From positions 1 through 49,564 of IMG/VR virus record IMGVR_UViG_3300030430_004527: a DNA stretch of 49,564 bases; one strand, given 5' to 3'. The notes below the pieces were generated by a model that was given only the letters and a program-made list of their open reading frames with translations, was not told where the DNA came from and did not search any database. A program made the position numbers and the translations under genes. Positions 28,001-34,678 of this stretch are shown in pieces (positions within the stretch are counted from its first letter, which is position 1; every line of letters begins with the position of its first letter). Origin of the DNA: a virus. Taxonomy: Duplodnaviria; Caudoviricetes.

Positions 28001-28188
28001 TTTGAGGCCATCTCAAAATATTCCGGGGACAGTTGCGTCTTTGTATGTGCGAGATCACCAGTGTGTACAATATAGTCTGGTTGCTCTTGCTTTAGGCTAT
28101 CGTATATCTCATTAAACACATGTCGGTATTCGTCATGGTATTTAAGGTTTCTAATGTGTGTATCTGATATATGTGCAATTCTTTTCAT
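25030..28188 (-). CDS. Fused Mre11/SbcD nuclease - Rad50/SbcC ATPase (gp47+gp46-like)
   Basis: N-terminal phosphoesterase motifs SDTH, GDLAH, GNHD, GDIH. Walker A GKNYSGKS, coiled coil with CRFC hook, signature SGAEK, Walker B ILDEP, and ITH. Confidence 0.92.
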   Translation of the reverse strand: MKRIAHISDTHIRNLKYHDEYRHVFNEIYDSLKQEQPDYIVHTGDLAHTKTQLSPEYFEMASNFLKSLADIAPTIMILGNHDGNLKNGDRQDAVTPVVDALQHPNFTLLKNSGEYSPEPGLTFNVLSVFDRSNWQKPSDNTVINIALYHGAIQGSLVGSDFSLDHGEDDASIFGDFDYAMLGDIHRTQYLDKEQRVWYAGSTVQQNFGESELKGYLIWNIHTKDKHNVEKRLFRSPRPFITVNLNQDGTLPKRQVPRGSRLRLVSNYNLPVAKLKRACDYAQVKWSPYTVSFVNKAAHSSLSGSGGGNGKSINMRDEKNQEKFLLDFLKNKEIEQEIKDRVLELSRDYLKKVSNGNEVSRNVLWDIRKMTWNNLFNYGKGNSIDFTKINGLVGIFGKNYSGKSSIIDAALFGLFNTTSKGERKNVHIINQNKERASCRLEIAVGDDVYKIARSLEKTTTKSKGREVQSAKTDLDFTKYNFGTQAESKNGDTRNKTDENIRKTFGSLEDFMMTSLAAQNDSFGFVNEGSTKRKEILAKFLDLQIFDQMHKLAKSDSSEMRGVIKHLNSVDWEKKLARAKAEFEEIVEDITEKQSLCEKHKSRLSELKDEQRLIQDQVEAASQKEIDVDDIKSLLSKARKSLSSNSKEMGRLSTEIATKRSRIENLTLRLPSLLEESTTAREELDALEIIKSKLKETQKSVDKAKREKSRLQSKIDMLHDHEYDPNCRFCCDNEFVKKAEEAKVTIVEVNEQIDTLNAQVLDLKMKASLINEVYSEAVVRDYEVQRDALAKEQSEVRNMSLQWENCEGKVSLMERRIQDYEADIAYYNENIEAYENLTSLRRDLQAINKTVSLKEVEIKKCEAKVLEFMSEKGSAKRTIEEAQERIQQIKAAERDYIAYDLFVQATHANGISYEVIKSMMPVINAEIQKILSSIVDFEVFFDNDGDKLEVYLQHPKYDPRPLSMGSGAEKTIASMAIRLALISVSSLPKPSWFILDEPATALDAEHMEGFTRLLQMIKAQFKTVLLITHLDSLKDVVDTTIEIDKVDGYANVKL

Positions 28189-28505
28189 TTGTCCTCCATG
28201 ATTTTCTTGCGTACTTCTAATGTAACAGGTTTGTCTTTATGAGTCAAGTAATATTTCTCCTCTGGTTCAAAAAATAGTGGTCCGCCCTCCATATGTGTGA
28301 GGGAAAGAGTGTTGTATTCAAACCACGTTATAGCAGTTCCGTACTCCCAATGGTGATACTTTCTCATGGCGTCCATAAGTTTTTCTGTATCATATACAAG
28401 TCTGCCTCTATCAAAAGCTACAATTGCTTCATTGTAGCCCTCTTGTGGTTCTATAATAATAAAATCATATCCGGCTTTTACACCTTCATCAATAAATTTG
28501 TTCAT
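28185..28505 (-). CDS. Hypothetical protein
   Basis: GGAGG SD before ATG 28505, downstream of a sigma70 promoter. Confidence 0.7.
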   Translation of the reverse strand: MNKFIDEGVKAGYDFIIIEPQEGYNEAIVAFDRGRLVYDTEKLMDAMRKYHHWEYGTAITWFEYNTLSLTHMEGGPLFFEPEEKYYLTHKDKPVTLEVRKKIMEDK

Positions 28506-28527
28506 TTCATCCTCCAATGTATAATAT

Positions 28528-28556
28528 AATATAACATGTTAGTGGATGCTTGTCAA
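28528..28556 (-). promoter_or_regulatory. Sigma70-type promoter
   Basis: TTGACA-17 nt-TATATT with extended -10 TG. Confidence 0.8.
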
Positions 28557-28557
28557 G

Positions 28558-28764
28558 TCAATTTAGTAAAATAACCATCTCCGATGATACAACAATATCA
28601 ACTTCTCCGAACATAACGGAGTACCATGTGATACCTTTACCAAGTTCCTCTCCGACTAACTCGTCAAACGAAATTATGCTTAGAACAATACCAACATTTG
28701 GAATAGATTCGCTCATAAAATCTTCAAGAAAAATAACTAGGGAGCCAACTCCGATCTCGTTCAC
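28558..28764 (-). CDS. Small hypothetical protein (SH3/KOW-like pattern)
   Basis: IGVGSLV...VGIVL...WYSVMF. GGAGG SD. Confidence 0.55.
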   Translation of the reverse strand: MNEIGVGSLVIFLEDFMSESIPNVGIVLSIISFDELVGEELGKGITWYSVMFGEVDIVVSSEMVILLN

Positions 28765-28806
28765 ATGATACCCTCCACTAGTAACTAGTGTCGGCTCAAG
28801 CGGAAG

Positions 28807-29742
28807 CTACTCAATATGTCCAGTTCCAACGACAGACCATTCCAATTGCACATCAACATAGCCATTCATGCCTTCATATGGAACTCTCTGTTGTGAAAAT
28901 CTCGTCATGTGAATCGCAGTCAACGACCAAGTAGGATATGATTGAAAGTATGATCCATCAAACACAAAATAACCACTGTCTGTTGTGGAGCAGGATATCG
29001 CACCAAGCAGTTGACTTCCGTCTGGTGAATATGTTGCAATTGTGATATTAAATAGATCAGGTCCTCCAGCAGGCCCCCACTGAAATACAGTTCCGGATTT
29101 AGATACTACTGCTGCGAAGGCATACGAAATATCTACATAACGCATTTCGTATGGCTCTACAAAGTCAAAACCGTGAATTGAGCGAAACTGAAATGCTGAT
29201 CCGTCTTGCACTTGGACACGCATATTGGTATCTCGATCATATTGATATTCTTGAATAAATCCTGTGTAAGTATTCATTCCATTGTTAAAAGCTGTGAATG
29301 AATTAGGGTTACCCATAATACTTAATGATTGCCCTACATTTTTTGTTGAAACATTGATTTGCAGAGGGTTTGTGTTTGTTGTGCATTGTCCTGCAGGTGG
29401 AAACCATGTTGGGTGAGTCTCGTTTATTTTCTCATGAAACTTTGCATCAAACTGAATTGTAATCTCTTGGCTCACGCCCATGCACGCTTGACAAGCAACT
29501 TGTTCAAGATTAAAGTTTACAAGCCCGACAGTTCCGTTTATAGGTTCGCTAGATGGCTCGTCACTTGGCTCAGAGGCAGGTTCTCCAGATGGCTCGGTAG
29601 AAGTTTCGGTCGATGGCTCGTCAGCTGGTTCAGGTGTTGCTGTGTCGATGATTTGGTAAGCTGTGTCTTCGGTTTGAACTTTATCAACAGTTCTGATTCC
29701 GATGTCTCCACCGCATGCAAATAATAAAAGTGATAGCAACAT
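28807..29742 (-). CDS. Lipoprotein with EPS-rich linker
   Basis: Lipobox LLFAC, repeats EPSTETSTEPSGEPASEPSDEPSSEP, and AGGAG SD. Confidence 0.75.
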   Translation of the reverse strand: MLLSLLLFACGGDIGIRTVDKVQTEDTAYQIIDTATPEPADEPSTETSTEPSGEPASEPSDEPSSEPINGTVGLVNFNLEQVACQACMGVSQEITIQFDAKFHEKINETHPTWFPPAGQCTTNTNPLQINVSTKNVGQSLSIMGNPNSFTAFNNGMNTYTGFIQEYQYDRDTNMRVQVQDGSAFQFRSIHGFDFVEPYEMRYVDISYAFAAVVSKSGTVFQWGPAGGPDLFNITIATYSPDGSQLLGAISCSTTDSGYFVFDGSYFQSYPTWSLTAIHMTRFSQQRVPYEGMNGYVDVQLEWSVVGTGHIE

Positions 29743-29750
29743 ATTTTCTC

Positions 29751-29960
29751 CTAGTGTGGCTGAATTATTATACTGGTTCCCAGAGGCTCATGATAATATG
29801 TTAAGCTGTATTCCAGTGCTAGCTTAAAAACAATCTCTCTCATTGGCGGGGAATGCCCAGTCACAACAAGAAATTGTCTGCCCCAATGTTCATTAATAAA
29901 TAGTTCAAGTTTGTGTTTAGCGTCCTCATGTCGCAATCCGTGAAGATCTATTGATAACAT
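29751..29960 (-). CDS. Stand-alone Smr/MutS2-domain protein
   Basis: IDLHGLRHEDA...VVTGHS. Confidence 0.75.
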   Translation of the reverse strand: MLSIDLHGLRHEDAKHKLELFINEHWGRQFLVVTGHSPPMREIVFKLALEYSLTYYHEPLGTSIIIQPH

Positions 29961-29973
29961 ATATACCTCAAAT

Positions 29974-29996
29974 AAAAAAACCCTACCGAAGTAGGG
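29974..29996 (-). terminator. Intrinsic terminator after tRNA
   Basis: CCCTAC-TTCG-GTAGGG followed by T7. Confidence 0.85.
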
Positions 29997-29999
29997 AAT

Positions 30000-30075
30000 T
30001 GGTGGAGGTAAGGAGAGTCGAACTCCTGACCCCTTGCGTGCAAAGCAAGTGCTCTCCCAACTGAGCTATACCCCC
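30000..30075 (-). tRNA. tRNA-Ala(UGC)
   Basis: 76 nt. Acceptor GGGGGTA/TACCTCC with G3:U70, D arm TAGCTCAGTTGGGAGAGC, anticodon stem CTTGC/GCAAG with loop TT-TGC-AC, GTTCGA T loop, and encoded CCA. Confidence 0.97.
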
Positions 30076-30082
30076 ATTCATT

Positions 30083-30916
30083 TTAAATAGTGTGGGTCAA
30101 CACATTTGGAATAATTTGTTTTTGTACACGCAGTATTCCTCTGTATCTATCTATAACCTTAAAATAAAGGCCTGAATTAGTATTGAGAAGCCAAGAATGA
30201 AGCTGAGAGAACGTTTGGGTTTGGCTATGTTTTACCATTCCGTAGTGTTCTGAAAGCAGTTGTAGGGCATCCTCGGGATCCGTTATTGTCCATTCTTTGG
30301 TGTTTTTCTTTTTTATACCACAAAAGTGATTAAAAGTGTAGCCAATTTCTGAAAATGCGGCAACAAGGAACTGAGTTCGATGAAGGCCTTTGAGGTAGTC
30401 TTCGCCATGGGAGTAATAACTCCAGCGAAGCCACTCAATGTTGCCGACCATCCAATCAATTTGAACGTAGTCACTAGTCTGCCCAGATTCATCGTGTTGG
30501 GGAAAGCAGGTAAATATATTACCCGCTGTGACTTGACCCCCTACTTTGACTACCGTTTTACTTAATATCTCTGATATTTCTTCTAGCAATGCCCGCATCT
30601 TGCACATTCTTTTTGTGGCGGTACGTGATCTTTTGCTTATCTTTTTGTAGCGTGCCTCCCACTGATCGTAATCAATGCCCCACTTTTCTACTTGATCTTT
30701 TGTAAAATGACGGATAATGTGACTACAATCAATTGCTATGTCTATATCACCAGAGTCAGATGTGACTCCTGCTGATCCTACCGTTTCAAAGAAATCAAAC
30801 GACCCTTGTTTCATTGGGAAAGTTTTCTTAAGAAGCTCTTTGTATGCTTCAAATGTTGGTGCAACTCTGTCTTTCGGGATGCGAGTTGCTTCATCCTTAA
30901 AAATATTTCCGCCCAT
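30083..30916 (-). CDS. Pol-beta-fold nucleotidyltransferase
   Basis: VGSAG...SGDIDIAID plus a third Asp in VQIDWM. Start moved to ATG 30916 (GGAGG SD). Confidence 0.75.
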   Translation of the reverse strand: MGGNIFKDEATRIPKDRVAPTFEAYKELLKKTFPMKQGSFDFFETVGSAGVTSDSGDIDIAIDCSHIIRHFTKDQVEKWGIDYDQWEARYKKISKRSRTATKRMCKMRALLEEISEILSKTVVKVGGQVTAGNIFTCFPQHDESGQTSDYVQIDWMVGNIEWLRWSYYSHGEDYLKGLHRTQFLVAAFSEIGYTFNHFCGIKKKNTKEWTITDPEDALQLLSEHYGMVKHSQTQTFSQLHSWLLNTNSGLYFKVIDRYRGILRVQKQIIPNVLTHTI

Positions 30917-30940
30917 ATGTCCTCCAAGCGTTATATACAT

Positions 30941-30969
30941 ATTATAACATGTCTTGGAACGTTTGTCAA
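30941..30969 (-). promoter_or_regulatory. Sigma70-type promoter (perfect consensus)
   Basis: TTGACA-17 nt-TATAAT with extended -10 TG. Confidence 0.88.
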
Positions 30970-31035
30970 GTTAAATTATAAACTTTTTAATAAAATTTTG
31001 GAAAGCAACGGGGTCACCAGTGTTTTATGTTAATT

Positions 31036-31377
31036 TTACAGGCTTGTTCTCCGAAACTTCTTTTTCAATAGATCTATTAAATATTTATTACCAGGCTGAC
31101 CGTACCTGTAGAATCTTATACCATATTTTTTTGCGATGCCATCGATTATACGATCTCTCTCTGCTTTAGCCTGCTCTCTATTATTATAATCGGAAAGCCG
31201 TTCAGCTTCACCGCTTGCATAGATTTCATCTTCTTCTTTCCTAATTTTATCAAGTTCCGCAGAAACTTTACGAACTAGTTCAATATCTGCTAGCAGTTCA
31301 TCTTGATCTTCGATCGATAGATTAGATTTTATTTCGTCCAATATCATTTGTTTTAGTTTTGCTTCTGTAAGTTTCAT
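31036..31377 (-). CDS. Leader-family protein (putative cargo)
   Basis: Starts MKLTEAKLKQMILDEI. TAATG overlap with the primase. Confidence 0.75.
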   Translation of the reverse strand: MKLTEAKLKQMILDEIKSNLSIEDQDELLADIELVRKVSAELDKIRKEEDEIYASGEAERLSDYNNREQAKAERDRIIDGIAKKYGIRFYRYGQPGNKYLIDLLKKKFRRTSL

Positions 31378-32312
31378 TATAAGTTCCCCAGCATTTGTTC
31401 GAAGAAATACATTTCATTCTTTATTTGTCTAGAACTAAGTAGTTTGTCTTTAAACTCTCTTGCTCCTATTTCTGAAACATCTGCATCTTCGATTGGTACT
31501 TTGAACACTTCAAGGTCATACTTCAGCATGGACTTTATAATCCACTCTGCTTTCTTCTCGGCGTCTCCATCAAGAGCCATGTAGACCGGTGTATCGTGCA
31601 TAGCGATGGCTTGGAACAAACGAGAGCGTTCTCGCAGGGTTGATCCAAGGATAGGGATTGCATTGCCTCCGGCTGCGATTGCATCGAAGACGCCTTCTAC
31701 AAGCACAACAGGTTCATCCCAATCGATCATTAGTTCGTTAAAAACGATATCACGGTTCGCTGGAGGGTTGAGGTACCTACGCTGATGCCCAACAAAGCTG
31801 CGAGCAATGAAGTAATTGCAATCTCCTTCCACGTCAAACGACGGTATAATAATTCTTCCGGCATAGCGTCCCTCCTTGCAATAGCCTATTTTCCATTTGA
31901 GAATCTCTCGACGACCAATGCCGCGAGACGATAGATAGCGAAATGCGTCCGTTGTGTCCATCGGTAAGTCTTTATTGCATAGCGAGATGAACTCTTCAGG
32001 TAAATCTATTTGTTGTTTCTCTTCTTCGTTATTAAGTTCTTTGAAGAGGTCGTCGAACTCATTAAGATCAAGTCTGCCTTGTAATTCAAGATACTTTTGT
32101 CGTTGCTGGTATGTGCCGAACTTTCTTACAATTCGGTAAATATTCTTTCCTCTTTCATCGCAAATCCAGCATTTGTAATAACCATTTGCAAAGTTGATCG
32201 ACATCTTCTTTTTGTGATGTCCGCAATAAGGGCAGTGATATAAATGCTCATCGCCCTTTTGATGATAAGACCCAAGAACTTGGGTCACAATTTTTCTTTT
32301 GTCCTCGATCAT
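31377..32312 (-). CDS. DNA primase (Zn finger + Toprim)
   Basis: CPYC..H...CWIC, RIIIP, KYLNP-like RYLNP, VEGVFD, and LDGDA. AGGAGG SD before ATG 32312. Confidence 0.92.
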   Translation of the reverse strand: MIEDKRKIVTQVLGSYHQKGDEHLYHCPYCGHHKKKMSINFANGYYKCWICDERGKNIYRIVRKFGTYQQRQKYLELQGRLDLNEFDDLFKELNNEEEKQQIDLPEEFISLCNKDLPMDTTDAFRYLSSRGIGRREILKWKIGYCKEGRYAGRIIIPSFDVEGDCNYFIARSFVGHQRRYLNPPANRDIVFNELMIDWDEPVVLVEGVFDAIAAGGNAIPILGSTLRERSRLFQAIAMHDTPVYMALDGDAEKKAEWIIKSMLKYDLEVFKVPIEDADVSEIGAREFKDKLLSSRQIKNEMYFFEQMLGNL

Positions 32313-32329
32313 AATGTCCTCCTGTTTAT

Positions 32330-32358
32330 AATATAACACGTCACAGAAGGTCTGTCAA
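32330..32358 (-). promoter_or_regulatory. Sigma70-type promoter
   Basis: TTGACA-17 nt-TATATT with TG extension. Confidence 0.8.
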
Positions 32359-32368
32359 GTAAAAAGTT

Positions 32369-32749
32369 TTATTTGCTTATTTCCATCATAATCTTTTCTG
32401 CTATTTCTGGTGCTTGTGCAGCTGAGATTCCTATTGTGCTAGTTAAATAATCTGTAAGATCAAATTCTGGTTCTTGGATTTTTTTTACGATCTCTTTTGT
32501 TATAACTCCACTCTGTGAGATACTAAGACCAGCGTCAAACATTAAGATATCACCAATCGCCATTTTCATCTGCATATCTGGGGTGGAAAAATCTGGTGCT
32601 TCACGCTTATCTGATGGATGAAGATTTGGTGCGGAATAATCCTTTGGGTTTATATCATATTTACTTCTAAAGCGACGGTCACCTTCATTCATTACGGCTT
32701 CCAATTCTTCTTTGATTATTCGTCTCAATAATTCTTTTGATAGTTTCAT
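32369..32749 (-). CDS. Leader-family protein (putative cargo)
   Basis: Starts MKLSKELLRRIIKEELEAVMNE. Confidence 0.75.
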   Translation of the reverse strand: MKLSKELLRRIIKEELEAVMNEGDRRFRSKYDINPKDYSAPNLHPSDKREAPDFSTPDMQMKMAIGDILMFDAGLSISQSGVITKEIVKKIQEPEFDLTDYLTSTIGISAAQAPEIAEKIMMEISK

Positions 32750-33174
32750 TTTTTATCGCCGAAGTTTCCTTTTTTCTTGTCGTAAAGATATGCAAGAGCA
32801 ATTGTTGCCGCTGCAGTACCAGCCATCAAGCCGACGCCTGCCGCAGCTGGAATACCAGCAAGAGATACACCAAGAATACCAGCAACTTTCGCAGCGAGTG
32901 GTCCAGAAGCGAGTGCTGTAACTGGGGACATGGTTGCGGCGTATGTTGTCGCTACGGGAAATCCTTCAAAAGGGTCTTTTCCCTCGTTCATCTCACCAAT
33001 CATTTTTTGAACTTCTGGGTCTTTATCAAGTGTATCAAAAACTGCTTGTTGAATTGCATCGGGGTTAGAAGCCATTTCTTTAGCTTTTTTGTGATCTAGT
33101 TTCTCTTCTTTCTCTGTGATATTCTCTAGTTCTTCTTTAATTATTCTTTTTAATGTGCTTCTTGATAGTTTCAT
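32746..33174 (-). CDS. Leader-family protein with C-terminal Gly/Ala-rich hydrophobic hairpin
   Basis: Starts MKLSRSTLKRIIKEELENITE and contains AGILGVSLAGIPAAAGVGLMAGTAAATIALAYL. Confidence 0.75.
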   Translation of the reverse strand: MKLSRSTLKRIIKEELENITEKEEKLDHKKAKEMASNPDAIQQAVFDTLDKDPEVQKMIGEMNEGKDPFEGFPVATTYAATMSPVTALASGPLAAKVAGILGVSLAGIPAAAGVGLMAGTAAATIALAYLYDKKKGNFGDKK

Positions 33175-33198
33175 TTGCCAACCTCCAGTGTATAGCGA

Positions 33199-33714
33199 CT
33201 ATGATTTAAATAGTATGTTGATATCTTCTTCGCTAACATGATCAGGTAAAAACTTTTTGATTGAATCTCCATTTCGCAATGCTTGTCTAAACTGAGTTGC
33301 CGAGATGTCGTCGATCATTTTGAATACAGGCGCAATAATATAGTTATCGTTTCCATAAAAGTAATCTCCAAAAGATGTTTGGTAGCCGGCATCCTTTTCG
33401 GAACAGCCAAGCCCGAATTTAATATCCGTGTTTTCGTCACCCCAATCAAAACAATCGGCGAGTGGGTTCGTGTAATTCTTATTTCTGCCTTCTCGTACCA
33501 TCGCACGTCTGTAGTCCATCTTTGGATGGGATAGTAGACCATAAATCTCAAGAACATTTTCAGTGTGCTCTAAAGTCACGCCATCGCGATCTTTATCTCC
33601 GCAGAACATAATCACTCGCTCAACGTCAGGGTTGTCTAGATAAAACTTAATATAGTCGTAGTGACCTTTGTGGGGTGGCTTGAATCCACCCGGAATTAAA
33701 ACTGTATATTGCAT
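33199..33714 (-). CDS. HxGH-type (cytidylyl/adenylyltransferase-like) nucleotidyltransferase
   Basis: PGGFKPPHKGH and ISATQFR motifs. Confidence 0.8.
   Translation of the reverse strand: MQYTVLIPGGFKPPHKGHYDYIKFYLDNPDVERVIMFCGDKDRDGVTLEHTENVLEIYGLLSHPKMDYRRAMVREGRNKNYTNPLADCFDWGDENTDIKFGLGCSEKDAGYQTSFGDYFYGNDNYIIAPVFKMIDDISATQFRQALRNGDSIKKFLPDHVSEEDINILFKS
33207..33214 (-). promoter_or_regulatory. Putative late-promoter motif ACTATTTA
   Basis: About 33 nt upstream of the leader-family pair 33174/32749. Confidence 0.5.
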
Positions 33715-33733
33715 ATATCCTCCGTGTATTTAT

Positions 33734-33762
33734 AATGTAACACGTTGAGTTATGTTTGTCAA
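33734..33762 (-). promoter_or_regulatory. Sigma70-type promoter
   Basis: TTGACA-17 nt-TACATT with TG extension. Confidence 0.72.
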
Positions 33763-33816
33763 GTAAAAAGTGTTAAATTTCCCAAATTAATTGGTCTCGG
33801 ATTTGATCGAGCACGG

Positions 33817-33885
33817 TCATTTCTTTTGTATATCTTTGGGAACCTTTGCAACTTCTTGAAGTATTTTTGGTTCTGTTAGATTCAT
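33817..33885 (-). pseudogene. Decayed remnant of a leader-family gene (MNLTEPKILQEVAKVPKDIQKK*)
   Basis: First 21 nt ATGAATCTAACAGAACCAAAA differ at 2 positions from the 34298 start ATGAAACTAACAGAATCAAAA. ATGA overlap with the upstream stop. Confidence 0.5.
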
Positions 33886-34298
33886 CCAAATAGTTCCCTA
33901 TATTTTTCTGGTGTTTTTGGATCATCTAAGTTTAAAACTTTTGCCTTTAGTGGCTTATCGAGCTCAACTGCTTTTTGAAGTCTGTGATTGCCGTCCAGAA
34001 CATATGTATATTGTCCATCCTTCATTGCGGTGATGATTGGAAATTTTAAATTAGCTTTGTCGACTCTTTCTTGGCTTGTAATACCTGGTCCAACCGGGAG
34101 ACTGTCTTTACCTCGACTTTTCAAAACTTGATTTTTAATTTTTACAGGATCAATATCTATGGTTGACGAACCAAGATAGTCATCAATCTCTCCAATCGTG
34201 ACTTTTATTCCATCTTCAGTTGACCAATAAGTATCCCGCCATCCTTCACTAAGGACTTCCATAATCATCTGTTTTAATTTTGATTCTGTTAGTTTCAT
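33882..34298 (-). CDS. Leader-family protein with ParB/Srx-like domain
   Basis: Starts MKLTESKLKQMIMEVLSE and contains FPII...VLDGNHRLQKA. Confidence 0.75.
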   Translation of the reverse strand: MKLTESKLKQMIMEVLSEGWRDTYWSTEDGIKVTIGEIDDYLGSSTIDIDPVKIKNQVLKSRGKDSLPVGPGITSQERVDKANLKFPIITAMKDGQYTYVLDGNHRLQKAVELDKPLKAKVLNLDDPKTPEKYRELFG

Positions 34299-34648
34299 TT
34301 TTGTCTTGCCGATAAACTTATTTCTCTCGCCACATCTTTATAGAACTGGTCGCGGCCTCTTACATATTCATCATAAATTCTGGACATATCTAAATGACTG
34401 GAGAGTCCAGCAGGGCCGTAGTAAAATTCTGGTGAGTACATTTCTCTAAATATAAACTCATCATAAATCTCTAAGACTTCATTAACTAAGTTCGCACCAG
34501 CCGTCAGAGAGACAGCTTGATTGTAAAAATCTACGTTCTCATCAGAATAAATGTATTTCTTTATTAAAGAAAATATTTTTTCTGCTTTTTCTCGTTTGCT
34601 CATCATTTCTAAGATTATTTTTTTTAGCTTAGACTCAGTTAATTTCAT
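34295..34648 (-). CDS. Leader-family protein
   Basis: Starts MKLTESKLKKIILE. Confidence 0.72.
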   Translation of the reverse strand: MKLTESKLKKIILEMMSKREKAEKIFSLIKKYIYSDENVDFYNQAVSLTAGANLVNEVLEIYDEFIFREMYSPEFYYGPAGLSSHLDMSRIYDEYVRGRDQFYKDVAREISLSARQK

Positions 34649-34670
34649 GATAGGATCCTCGGTGACTTAT

Positions 34671-34678
34671 TAATTAGT
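34671..34678 (-). promoter_or_regulatory. Putative late-promoter variant ACTAATTA
   Basis: About 23 nt upstream of the leader-family cluster start at 34648. Confidence 0.45.

Noticed and set aside
13417-32312. Introns, inteins or homing endonucleases in protease, portal, terminase or primase
   Set aside because: The lengths are ordinary and I saw no intein, LAGLIDADG, HNH or GIY-YIG motifs.
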